From positions 310,001-374,000 of the forward strand of contig NW_026515674.1 of assembly GCF_025526975.1 (NCBI RefSeq): DNA of 64,000 bases, given 5' to 3'. The notes under the pieces are model-generated. The model worked only from the letters and a program-made list of their open reading frames with translations, searched no databases and had not been told where the DNA came from. How positions within the stretch are numbered: the first letter of the stretch is position 1; each line of letters starts with the position of its first letter. The translations under genes and the position numbers were made by a program. The DNA comes from Fimicolochytrium jonesii. Its lineage: Eukaryota. Shown in pieces: positions 12,129 to 24,011 of the stretch.

Positions 12129-14015
12129 ATGCCTAGCGATACAAGCGAACCCCGACGGGAGGCGCCAAGCTCCGTCGATGCCGTTTTACCTTCAGAACCA
12201 TCCCCGCCTGAACCGCCATCTCGAGAATCGACCGGACCTGCATTCACAGGAGAGACGGACAATCCTTCTCGGCGAACGTCAGTCTCTGTTTCGGATACGG
12301 CGTCTCCTTCCGTCTCACGACAGTCTTCACAAAACCCACGGAAAGTCTCCACGCCTTCGGGCCAAGATCGGCGGAAATCCCAACAACCTTCGAGAAGTCA
12401 ACCTCTCAGGTATGTCGATATCCGCGATGGAATAGGTGAAGGAGCTGGGCGCCAAGCAGTCGGGGACAGGATGCGGAAATGGGGCGCTGGGAGGGAGAGC
12501 CGGGACGGTGTCATCTTAAGGGTCCGATGTTTTCCAGGCGCTGGGTTAAGATCTGCGAACCCAGCTTCTCAACGCATTGCGTTTTTCCCGCCTTCTGGAC
12601 GAGCCGTGGGTCGATACGTGTTGTGACAATAGATCAACAATGTCAAACAGCGATGGTCCCTTACCGCACATGCGATTGATTGAGACGCGTAGTTGTGATT
12701 CAACGGAAGACATCGCAAAATCATCTGAACTTGCCAGTCCTCAATCTGATTGTTCACTTCTTCTCCTAGATACTGCTTGGTGATGCGACAGCAGCCCGAA
12801 ACAGCACGGAACCAGGGCTTCAGTGGCGAAAAAGTGAATTATCCATATGTTGATCCATGTGTAATACTGCAACTAGGAATACTTACCAGCAGTGGGACAG
12901 TAGACACGAGGTATGGATGTGATATTGGGTCTGGTGCCTGCACTATGTGTGGACCTGCATCCTGGCCCATGGAAGGCAGTCGCTGTCCAATTTCTGTGCG
13001 CTGACCGTCCTTCATTCCATGCATTGGCAGTCTGGATACCTTGGGCGACGTGTCATCGATGGTCGTACACGCACACCTGCTCTCAGAAGAAGGCGAGGAG
13101 GACAGAAGCACCGTTGTTGTACCACCCATCATGCCGCCGGTAGTGTACTCAGAACAGCGGAGGGTAGACCCACCGGATTCTCGGGCAAAGTCCAAAGTCC
13201 CGCTCGCGAACAACCCACAACCGGACCCGGGCAGAACCCAGGAGCCCCGCTCCAACCTCAGACACGCCGAGCTGCTGTTATCACTCTCCACACCGGACAT
13301 GACGACAGGAGCATCCTCTAGATCTAGCCCATCGTCCAGCACGTCGATAGCACCTTCTTCCGACCCGTACTATCTGGGACAGCAGTCGGCAGCTGATCTT
13401 CTTGATGGAGATACAATGGAACCTGGCCCTTCTTCATTAGCAAACCCAGCATACTCGTCATCGCAGCCGATGCTGGACGCGGGCGTCGGTGATGGTAGTT
13501 TGTTATCGGAGGGCCACAGCCGGTGGGAACAAACCCTGTTTGGACACTTGGTTTCGTCCTGTCACTTCCTCTCCGACCTCTCTGGCTTGAAAGGTGCCTT
13601 TTTCGTCTTTCCGTTTTTGGCCATTCGGGTGGAAGGCAATTTTCGGTTGCGGATGGTGTTGACGAATTTGGCAAGGTAGCCACAGCATCCGTGGGTCTGA
13701 GTGCATCGTTCGTTAGTTCAGGCGTTAACTTTGCCTCGGCATTCACCCGTAGTCTGCGTACCACGCCTCAACGGCCCGCGGAAACGATTTGTGAAATCAT
13801 CACGGACCCATTCAAGTCATATACCGGGAGGGACTATCCAGGGGCAAAAGGTTAGGGAATGACAGACCCAGTAGCTTGTTGTTCCGGCGTCCTACTCACC
13901 CCCATTCGATTCCATTGCAGAATCCTCGGAACTGAGCATCCACTTTGCTGACCAAGGCGTCAAGATCCCACTGCGCCGAAGGAATCAACGCAAACGTTGG
14001 GATTCCGGTGGATAG
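12129..14015 (+). CDS. Velvet-domain transcriptional regulator
   Basis: Exons 12129-12409, 12770-12910, 13031-13675, 13753-13850, 13921-14015. Velvet motifs YCLVMRQQPETARNQGF, VDPCVILQL, GAFFVFPFLAIRVEGNFRLRM, DPFKSYTGRDYPG, SSELSIHFADQGVKIPLR. Confidence 0.92.
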
Positions 14016-14650
14016 AACCCAACTCTTGTCAGAATCCCTCTGCTGATACCTCTCATCCTACATACCGCACGCGGCGTGTCCCCAACGGACGATTCTTCCT
14101 CATTCAGACCACGCCAGCCCTACTCCGCAACCAACGTCACTCATCCTCTACGCGTATTAGCCCTTTGAAAGCACGCAAACATGTGCATAATTTACAACCA
14201 TAGCCCTATTGGCAGCGTTCATTGAGACAAGTCTTCCCCCGCACACCACGCCTTGTGCGTCCCAGAGCCTCATGTGTCTCAACCAATTGCAAGCCAGCAC
14301 ACGCTCGTCCTTTATTTAAAAATATATCGCTATGGCCTATACCTCCTCATGGCTGTTTACTTAACAATTTGGATACCGTACGTGGTAGATGCAAACAACG
14401 CAATTGACAAGGACCGCTGGTTTTGCGTTAGCGCATGTAGGTCTCGTAATGGGTATATTAAAGAAGTTTTGATGGTACAGCGTATGTAAAGAAATGAAAG
14501 TGAAAAAAACTACATGTATCGAAGGTTGGGAAATGGTTTATGTTGAGATTGTCAAGGTGCGATGAAGGCGGTATGGTACCACTGCAACGTAGCGATGACA
14601 TTGAGCGACGAGCGGTGATTTGTCCAGCGACCAAAGCCACGCTTCAACTC

Positions 14651-15814
14651 CTAGGGTTGAAGCGTGGCCACAGAACCCCTCTGATCCCCCATCTGCGTCC
14701 CCGGCCTCGCAACACCCTTCGTCGACGTCAACACCGCCTGTCTTAGATCCCACACCAGCGTTGCAAAGTACACCGCGGCAAGAACTGCAAGCGCCCATTC
14801 CACGACAGCAGCAGCAGAGTGTGAGGTGTTGCATTTGGCCGTTATGGGTCGGCCCGTGGTTGTGTTGTTGCGGCAAACGCTCATGAGAACGATCATAGCG
14901 ATGATCCCGAGGAAGGCGAGGACGACGATGACGGTTTTGATGATGAAGCTGCGGCGAAGCTGGTGGGCGAAGTGCGGGTTGTATGGTGTGATGGTCGACG
15001 ATGGTGATGCGCCGTACCCGGCCTCGACGCCCACCGCTCCGTTGGCCCCACCATTAGCAATCCGGCACAAGCGCTTCAGCTCGCCCACTGTGAACGCGGC
15101 CGAGACGCCCAACGCGAAAATGAAGATCAGCGTCAGGATCCAATGTACCGTCGAATGGTTGTTTGCGTCGAAGACGGCGAGCATGGTGAGCGCGATCCCG
15201 GAGATGGCGCCAAAGAGGAGAGCAAGGATGGAGTCGAATTTTGCGCGAGGGTGGTGGAAGGTGACGAGGCGTTCGGCGCGGCGGAGGCGGTACTCGGTGA
15301 TGAGGGTTAGGATGAAGAAGACCGCTGTGGTCGCCGTGCCGACGATAAAGAAGGCTTTATATTTTGCGCCTGCATAGATGTGTTGGTTAGTCGGGAATCG
15401 GATGTTGATGCTGTGATGGCAAGGTACATGACAACGTAGAGGACGATATGCTGTTTGCTTCGCTCCCGACGAGGATTCTGGGCGAGAGCATTTGTTTCGC
15501 CCACAGCAGCCTGTGCTCGTTTCCCTCGCCTACGGCTCGCTTCGGTCCAAATGACTTTCGCTACGCCGCTGACCATCTTCCGAGCCCCCTGCTTCCTCGT
15601 CCGCCGCAACCGCTCGCCATACTCGACATTCCACCCACCAACCCTCCCTCGTCTCCCACTTACCAACATCAGAGATGTAAACGATGTCAGCATCATCCTG
15701 CTTGTAATGCGGTGTACCATTTGCAGTCCACAATATTAGCAATGTCAGGATTGTAGCAGACCAAGCGAGCGTTGCGCAGAGCGGTAACCAGCCCCAACCC
15801 AGATAACGAGGCAT
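14651..15814 (-). CDS. Frag1/DRAM/Sfk1-family multi-pass membrane protein
   Basis: Exons 15814-15664 and 15369-14651. Motifs 'IVYISDVGA.YKAFFIVG', 'LAVFDANNHSTVHW', 'AAVVEWALA'; about six hydrophobic helices. Confidence 0.88.
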
Positions 15815-16483
15815 GATTCGATGAGGTTGCGGAGATGGAGACCGGATAAGTGGGCGACAACACGAAGTTTGAGAAGCTGCTCGTGAGTGGATTGATTGCT
15901 ACGAGGGAGGCGAGCTACTACGCTCGTCGACCTTAGCCTACTTATATACACTACTTCTCGCGGGGATCTGTTGAGACTATCGGCTCTCGCGCCTGCTTAA
16001 CGCAACGGCCTGGAGATATATACAGTTCGCTACTTTTTCCGGGAATAGGACGAGGACGCGGAGTTTGTCAACCGGTTTGGCGGAGACATGTGGGCAATGA
16101 CGCTGCATGCAGGACTGTTTGACGGACGACCTTAGGCCAAACCCCGCCACCCCTACGATGATGCCAAGAGCGGATAAGACACCAGTTTTCCCGTTGTCCA
16201 AAAGGCAGACAATCGGGCGGAGATTGAGCGAGGAAACCTGACTGACAGGTCCATGACATCACTTGTGCGCGCATGACTCATCCGGTGACTCACAACGAGC
16301 CGGGAATCCGGTAAATAGAAACCCGTCAGTTTCAATGCCGTCAGTTTCGCGCTTTTCGGGGACGCGTTTGATATGCAACATATTACAGATATACGAAAAC
16401 AGACCGTACAGGAAAGAGTAGATGTGAACAAAAAAAGATAGATACAATAGATTCATCCATCACTCCAGTCAGTACGCGTCAAG

Positions 16484-19400
16484 CTATTGCTCCATTCTCG
16501 ATGTCTCGCGGGAGGCAGGTAGTCCGTTTACAAGGAAATTTCGCCTCATCTTCTCCGCTGGCCCGCTTTTAAAGACATCACAAAGCTGTAGCTCGGTTGG
16601 CCGCTTCCGTTCCAGAGGTACAACCGGAACGGTCAATCGCACATCGACAGCGGGCAGCTGCCTCACCAACTCTGCTTTTGCCTTGGTGGTCACCAAGGGG
16701 CACCCTATCAGATCAAGGACGAGAAGTCGCCTGGCGTATTTCGCCAGACTCTTCAATGTGTTGTCCGTGATTGCCCGGCATCCGCGCATGGAGAGGAACC
16801 GTAGGTTGCGAAAGTTGTGCGCGAAGTATCCAACACATGCGTCCGTCAGGTGACTGCAGTATGAAAAATCCAACCGCTCGAAAAGCTGGCCGCCGAGAGA
16901 CAGCTCGTACAGGCCCGCGTTCGTTATACGTGAGCAGAACATCAATGAGAGGCACTTCAGGTCTTGTGCGGAGGATATCCACTTCAGGCATCGGTCGGTA
17001 AAGCTCTTGCAGTCGGATGCCTCTACGAGGTATATATCTCTGTTGGAAAGGAATGTATCATGATGAGCTCGTCATAGCACTATGCAGAGAATAGAAAGTC
17101 TGAAAGTACCTGCAATAGCGAACGACATGGAACACACTCAGGTCGGTCAAGCGAATGCATCGCCGGCATTTGAGCTGTTTTAGAAGCGGCGTGCCGGACA
17201 ATATGCTCTCCACCTGCTCGTCGCCCAATTGCTTACAGTACGAGATGTCAATAATGACAAGCTTGTGGAGTTTGTGCCCCGCGAAAGCAGTCCCTCGAAG
17301 CTGACCGCAATAGCTGATATCCAGTTCCCGGAGCTTCCTCAACCCATGCGTGACGTGACGGAGCCCGGCGTCCGTGAACTTCCAGCAATTTGATAAGGAC
17401 AGGTATACCAGATTCGGACACATCCTCGCCATTGTCTGCAGTCCAGTATCTGAGAGCTTCCAGCAGGACGTCATATCCAGGCCCGCCAAATGGTCTCCAG
17501 ACAACTCCCAGAAGCAAACAAACGTTTTAGCGCTCGCTGCATTGAAAATGAGGTGGAAGTTCACTATCTCCCAATGCATAGGGTTGCGCAACGAGTTGTT
17601 CCAGTACTTGCACAAACACCGCATTGACAGGCGCGTTATCGGGTCTAGGTACGAGAGAATGATGCGCTGGATCTTTGCATCAAGTTCTTGGAGAGTTGGC
17701 TTAGCTGAGGGTCTGGGCGCAGCATAAGTAGATTGGCGCCGCGAGACAGGTACAGGTGTGGTGATATCTGGCTCGCTTCCCAGGCTAGAGGTGCTCGCAT
17801 GGTTCTTGGATGAGCCGCTGCGTTTGAGTATACCCGGTCGAAGGGACTTGAGGAACGAGCTCACCAACGATGAGCGCTAGGATAAAGTCATGATGGGATG
17901 TCAGGGAGGGAGAGTCGCTCCCCGAAAATCCGTCACATGTCATTGAGAAACTCACCTTGGGCACCGCTCCTTTCTGCACCTCGGTTAAATTCTCGCTCGA
18001 CTGTCCTGGGGTTACCAGCTCTGGGCTCGCGATCTTTGACGATGTACCCTTGGTTTCCGGAACTTCCGCCTTCTGTTGCCGTGTATAAAAGATCCGGCCA
18101 AACGACGACGGTCGGTTCGGCGTCTTGATCTCCGGCTCCGCTTTGCCCGCCAACGAATGCATCTGGTCTCGAGCCTTTTGCGCCTCCACACTTTTTTTTA
18201 CAGACGCCGCGGCATCGTCCCACAGCGATTTTAGCCGTTCTGTCTCTGCCCCGTCAGCCGCCACAGTAGCCGGCCCCTCAGTGGCTCGCACGCTCAAATC
18301 ATCTCGACTGCTCTGCCGTTGTTCAATCTTCTCCATGCGGCGGTTAGCTTCCACGACAATCGTCTGGTAGCTTTCTGGGTACTGCTTGCACACACTATCG
18401 AGCGCGGCGGAGGTTAACACCATCAGATCACAGCTCGGCGACGCGATCCGCACCGACGCCGTCCGAGGAATGTTCTTCAGCAACCCAATCTCGCCGAAGA
18501 AACCGCCGCTAGGCACCGTATCGTACACCGTCCCTCCATCCTCAGAGACGATCTGCACCTGCCCGCGCACGACGAAAAACATCTCCGACGAAGTCTCGCC
18601 TTGGTGCACTACGATGTCGCCGTCGAGCGCTTGCCGTGGGAATGTTGCGAGCGCCATGGCTCGGAGGAATGCGTCGTCACAATTTTGAAACATGGGCACC
18701 TGGAATTGGGTATTTCAGCGATGCTCTGCGTAAACTCACTTCAATCTGGACTCGCCATGTATAGCTAATAGATTCCCTACCTGCTTCAAACGCGAAGCAG
18801 ACGCCTCGATCTCAAACGCCTCCTTCGCCGCTCCCATCTTCTCCACATTCTGCTGTCGTTTCCGAAACTGCTCGTAACTCTGCTGTGCGCTCGCTTGCAG
18901 ATTCGCTTTGAACTCGGGGTATTGCTCCAGCACGCCGTCGAGTGTATTTTTGTGGAGTTCACCTAAGGTTGTCCGCCCTCGTGACCGTACCGTCGCTGTT
19001 CGCTCTACGTCTAGAACACTGTACGCCGGATGCACATTTCAATGTGAATACAGGCTAATTTCAAAGCAGAATCGCAGCTTTCGCTGGAAGAGAAAGTCCT
19101 GCAATAAAACTCACAGTGCGACTTCACCAAAATAGCCATTGGTATGAAACTCCGCAAAGACTTGCTTTCCGTCCTCCGACACAACTTCGGCCGTGCCTTC
19201 AAGAACGAAGAACATGCTGCTTCCTTGGTCGCCTTTTCGTATGATCACCTGGCCCGCTTGACACACCACCATCTTTATTTGCAGGGCAAGCTGATGCAAG
19301 AAGCCTAGATCCGCGTTCCTGAAAAGCGACACCTAGGCTCGGGTATGAGCATGTGGTCCATGGAAACTCCTCCTTTCATACATATGCATCATGGTTTGCC

Positions 19401-20730
19401 GAGATAATTACCGATCTAATCTTGTCCCGAACAACCTCAATCTCCGTATGTTCATGCTGTTTGGCCAACTTCCTCCGTTCCTCATCATACTGCAGCCTCG
19501 CCTGAGCCTCCTTCTGGATCAGCGCATTAACCTCGGGAAACTGCTTCAACAACCCATCCAGGTCCACTTTCGTCAACTTGAACACCGCGGCCGTATTGGT
19601 TAGACACCGCACGGACGCCGTACGCTTCACGTCGAAGAAGATGCCGACCTCCCCGAAAAAGGAGCCCGGATGAAACTCGGCAAAAATGGTCCCGTCCGCC
19701 TCGTTGAACACCGCGGCGGTGCCGTGCACGATAAAGTACATTTCGGACGCCGCGTCGCCCTTTTTGATGATGTTGTCGTTTTGGCGGAATTGGATTGGGG
19801 AGAGCTTGAAGGTGAGGAGGTGGAGGAAGCCTACACTGCATTCACGGAATAACGGGATCTGTTGACATTGCGTGAGTGTCGAGGTTCGAACGGCATTGCG
19901 GGGGACGTACAATGAGCATGCTACCTTTTTCAGGTCACTCTGCGTCATCCCCAATGCCAGCTCTTGCCCAAATTCCACCAAGACCTTGCGCTCCTTCTGC
20001 TTCAGGTAGCTGCTGAACCGCTCCTCGGCGATTGTGCGGATGCGGTCGGCTGCCTCGGGGTGGTCTACGACAGCCGCTTGCAGAGCGTCTTTGGTGAGCG
20101 TGGCGAGGATGCAGCGCCCTCGGGCGCGACATGATGCTGTCCTGCAAGGTGGTGGAGTTTAGCATTTGTGTGCTTTACTCTTATCTTTCTAAATTTCCTC
20201 ACCGTGGCACGCTGAATAGGACACCGACCTCGCCGAAGAAGGATTGCTCTTTCATGACATTGATGACGGTCTCGCCTGCACAACAAATACTGTCACTAAA
20301 CTCTTTCGTGAATGCACTGATTCAATCCCTGTCTACGACAGCGGACATGAGATCCACCAATTCATCACAACCATCATCGATACCCACCATCCTCCGAAAC
20401 AATCTCCACCTCCCCCTTCAATATAAAAAATAGCGCGCGTCCAACCTCCCCCTGGCGGATAATATACGCGCTATCCCCATACACCCTCGTCTGCATCGAC
20501 GCCGCGACGGTGTTGATGAACGTCTCGTCCAGGTTCTTGAAGAGCACATGGTCGTCTAGGAACCCACGCAGGGCTTCATCGATGCTCGTCAGGCGCGTTG
20601 AGGCAACTGATTCGCCGCCGTCTGTGGTGCTCCTAATCAAGAAGAGAGGACCGTGAGAATAGTCGTGGGTGGGTGCTACGATGTTGGGTTTGGTCACGTA
20701 CTCCGGGGGAGGGCTGGATATGGGACTCAT
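16484..20730 (-). CDS. Four cyclic-nucleotide-binding domains + F-box + cysteine-containing LRRs
   Basis: Multi-exon gene; start ATG 20730 is inferred. Four phosphate-binding cassettes: FFGEVGVLFSVPRTAS, FFGEVGIFFDVKRTAS, YFGEVALVLDVERTAT, FFGEIGLLKNIPRTAS. F-box LQELDAKIQRIILSYLD...LCKYWN at ~17590-17695. LRR-CC repeats such as LDMTSCWKLSDTGL, LSLSNCWKFTDAGL, LSMRGCRAITD. Confidence 0.92.
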
Positions 20731-21304
20731 TGCAGGCGTCTGTGAGCGACGTTGCACAGGTGGGGCGCTGAAGGGGAAGGGAAAGGGTTCTGCTAGGAAA
20801 CCAGCGGAGGCGAATCGATTTGCTGTGCTGTAATGCTGGCTTTGAGAAATCAAAACTTTCAAGCGCTTCTCTAGATCTAACGAGGGTTGCGTGAAAGGGA
20901 ACACCAGAAAAACTCATAGATCTTGCGCGTAGAAAACCAAAACACGCAAACATCTGCTCTGTGCTCTGGACCCGAGTGAACTAGCAACGAGGCTGCAGGA
21001 GGAAACTGGCGGTTTCGCGATTTTGAGCTTTGTGGGGCTCACTTCCCGGCTCTGTGGCTGAGATTTCCCCGCTTGGATGCCTCCAGCCCTCCGGGAAAAT
21101 GTGTCCCGCTCCTTAACTCCTGGTTGCCGGGGGTTCGGCGAAGAAGGTTGAATGAGGAGAACTGCGGAGTTGCTTAGTCATCGCGCGCGCGACCGTACTC
21201 ACTGTAAACTTTGGCCAAGTGCGCCATAGGGGAATTCAAGAGCTCGAGGCAGAAAGCTTCAATCGACACCGTAAGAAAGCACCCGCAAAGCCAAATCGAG
21301 CAAT

Positions 21305-22127
21305 ATGTCCGACGACGGGAGTGAAGCAGAAGGTGAAGCCGCCCCCACCATCGGCGTAAGTCACCATATCGAAGCCTTTTCTCCCATCACATCAAACCAA
21401 ATCCCCATCCACAGACCTACACCGGCACCCGCGACGCCACGGGCCAGCGCTCCGGCAGCGACTGCTCCAATATCTTCCCCAACGGCGACGTCTACAAAGG
21501 CGGCTACGTGTCTGGCGTGCGTGGAGAGACGGGGACGTACACTTGGAAGAAGCCGTTGGCGGTGTACTCGGGCGGGTATAAGGATGGGAAGAGGGATGGG
21601 GAGGGGAAGTTTGTGTATCCGGATGCCTCGGTTTATGTTGGTGGGTTTCATATATGCTTACAATGGGCGGGCAGGTGAAGTTTTTGGAAGGCTGATGCTT
21701 GGTTTTGCTGTGCAGGACACTTTGCTAATGGCAAACGACATGGTGAAGGTCGATACACATACGTCAATGGAGACACATACTCAGGGCATTGGAAGGATGA
21801 TGTGCGGCATGGAAAGGGGGTGTACACGGTAGCTTCATCCGGGAGCAAGGTAAGGGAAATTGATCACATTCGGTTTGGCAATCCAACCCACTCATCATAT
21901 GACTCGCACAACAGCTGGAAGGCACATGGAGCAATGGCATTCTCAATGGCCAATCCAAGATCATCCATCAAGACCACGTAGTGAAGACAAACTTTGCGGA
22001 TGGGCAGCCCGGTCTGCCGGCCAGCATCACGTTCACATCTACCGCGTATACGATGCAACTTGGGGAGCGGGACAAGGTGTTTTTGGGACGGGGTACGGCT
22101 GTGGCGGCTGGAGGGGATGGGGAGTAA
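21305..22127 (+). CDS. RSPH1: MORN-repeat radial spoke head protein 1-like (flagellar)
   Basis: Exons 21305-21355, 21415-21640, 21716-21849, 21915-22127. Spliced protein MSDDGSEAEGEAAPTIG-TYTGTRD...PNGDVYKGGY...YPDASVYVGHFANGKRHGEGRYTYVNGDTYSGHWKDDVRHGKGVY...SGSK-LEGTWSNG follows the acidic N-terminus and MORN array of RSPH1/meichroacidin. Confidence 0.8.
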
Positions 22128-22669
22128 TATGAGAGATGTTTCAGGGTGGTTGAATGTATGGAAATATATGGAGAGACATGCGGTCAGATTTCATGTCCCA
22201 ACTGGGTATAGAAAATTTCTTGTCAAACACCATGAGCATGTACGGAATAAGGCATTCACCGGCTTTGAAGTGCGGCCGGCCGCTGCCTACCAAACTACAA
22301 AAGCGTCCGCTGAGTGATGTGAGATACGCCATGAATGAGGACAATCATTTAAAGACTAGGCTGTCACCGATTGATCTATATATATGATCGAGTATTTATA
22401 CCACTTTCGTGTACTTTGGGAATCTAAACCCCGTTCTCCTGCATTCTACGCCGACGCTCTTCCATTGCTTACAGGGACAAGAGCTATATGTATGCTCAAG
22501 ATACTCGTCACCGGGCTCCTGCTCCTGCAGCGAAAGAACCAGACCAGCTTCGCGTCCTCTCCATACCGACGCCTGACGAAGAAGGCTCCAGTTGTCGTGG
22601 TACGCATAAAGAATCGTCTTGGAGATGTGACCGAGGAGTCTCGCTTGCCAGCATTCACAGTTTGCCGGG

Positions 22670-23870
22670 TCATTCGGCTCCCGGCTCCGACAGCGAAGAC
22701 ATCTGGAGCAAGCGGTCGTTTTCATCTCGGATCCGAATGCGACGGACTTCGTCGAACTTCTTGCTTCGCAGTGCCTGCATTTCGTACATCCTGATACTCT
22801 CATCGTAGTGCTCAACATGTCGAATATTGGTGTACATGATCTCCAATATGCCGCCCCCGTTGGAATCTGCAAACCCGTCGATCCAGCTTCGTTCCGCAAG
22901 ATTGCAGCTGAGATCGTCGGACAATGACATCGGCGCGATCTGAGTATGAGCGTGCTGTTCGGATCTTCCACCTCGGTAGTGACATGTAAGGATGGTCAAA
23001 GTGCACGTCAAGCACGACGACGCTTTCAAGAAGCCCCCGAATCTGATTAGCGGTTGTGGTCGTCGACCTTTGTGCGGACGTAGGCGACAGCGGGAAGTAG
23101 TTGCCATTGCACATACTCGAAAACGCTGCTGGAGCTAATCAGCATGACACGCAGTCCCGGGAAATAGGGCAACGTGCCAGATATTTCACCGTCGCCTATG
23201 AGCTTGGCAGCTTCGGAAGCATATGTTCATATTACAATTTGCGCGAGGGAGTATACTGCGGAATCGTGCCAATAATCGTGGAAATCACCAATGTAAAATA
23301 AGCATCCACTCCCATATCCAAAACCATAAAACTGGGTGCCGTTCTCAGGGCGGTCTGCGTCTTCATTATCAAGCTCTAGGAGAAGCCTGCGCGTTGTGGG
23401 TGCGCACTGATAACAATTGCGGCATTTCGGCGCAATCAGAGGCTCCCATTCAATCCTCGATTCCGGTTTGTTGGTTTCCGAGCTTTTGAATTTGTCTCCC
23501 ATATCGAAATCCTTTATCCAGAAGTATCGCTCGGGATTCTTGCGCAACGTAAGGCAGAGCGAATGCAGCTGGGGCTTGTTTTGGATATGGGCGGTGGAAT
23601 ATAGGAGCTTGAGAGGGGCCGCTTGCCAGGATTTGCAAGCGATACGGATCCATGGAGTCTGGACCTGAGTCTGGACACTGGACTCTCTGGACGTGGCCCT
23701 TGGCATTTCGGACATGAAATTGCCCGTCGGGCGCGTGGCCTTTGCCCACTTTCCCCAAGCCCTCCTCCAACTTCCTCCATTCCATACGCACCCAAGCAAA
23801 GCATCGAGAAGCTGGAACGCAGACAACCACACTCTCTCCACAACGCTACGAGTTCGCCGCCACAGCAGCA
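22670..23870 (-). CDS. Hypothetical or degenerate gene, weak resemblance to the region following a fungal F-box
   Basis: ORF 23227-23928 contains 'ACKSWQAAPLKLLYSTAHIQNKPQLHSLCLTLRKNP...IKDF', like the C-x-x-W...LY segment of fungal F-box proteins; a second protein-like ORF lies at 22670-23107. Exon structure unresolved; may be a pseudogene. Confidence 0.3.
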
Positions 23871-24011
23871 TATTAGAAGTCGTCTCGTGGGCTCCCAAGC
23901 CATTCAACAGACCTGTTTTTGTACGCACGAGGGAGGGCGGTCGACCGGACGAGGGAGCATTTTCCCAGGACCTTTTTCCCCATTATTTCCCACGCCGTCC
24001 GCACAAAGATC

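Noticed and set aside
20960..21200. RFX X-box-like half sites (CTAGCAAC, GTTGCT) upstream of RSPH1
   Set aside because: Only half-sites, no full palindrome; expected by chance.
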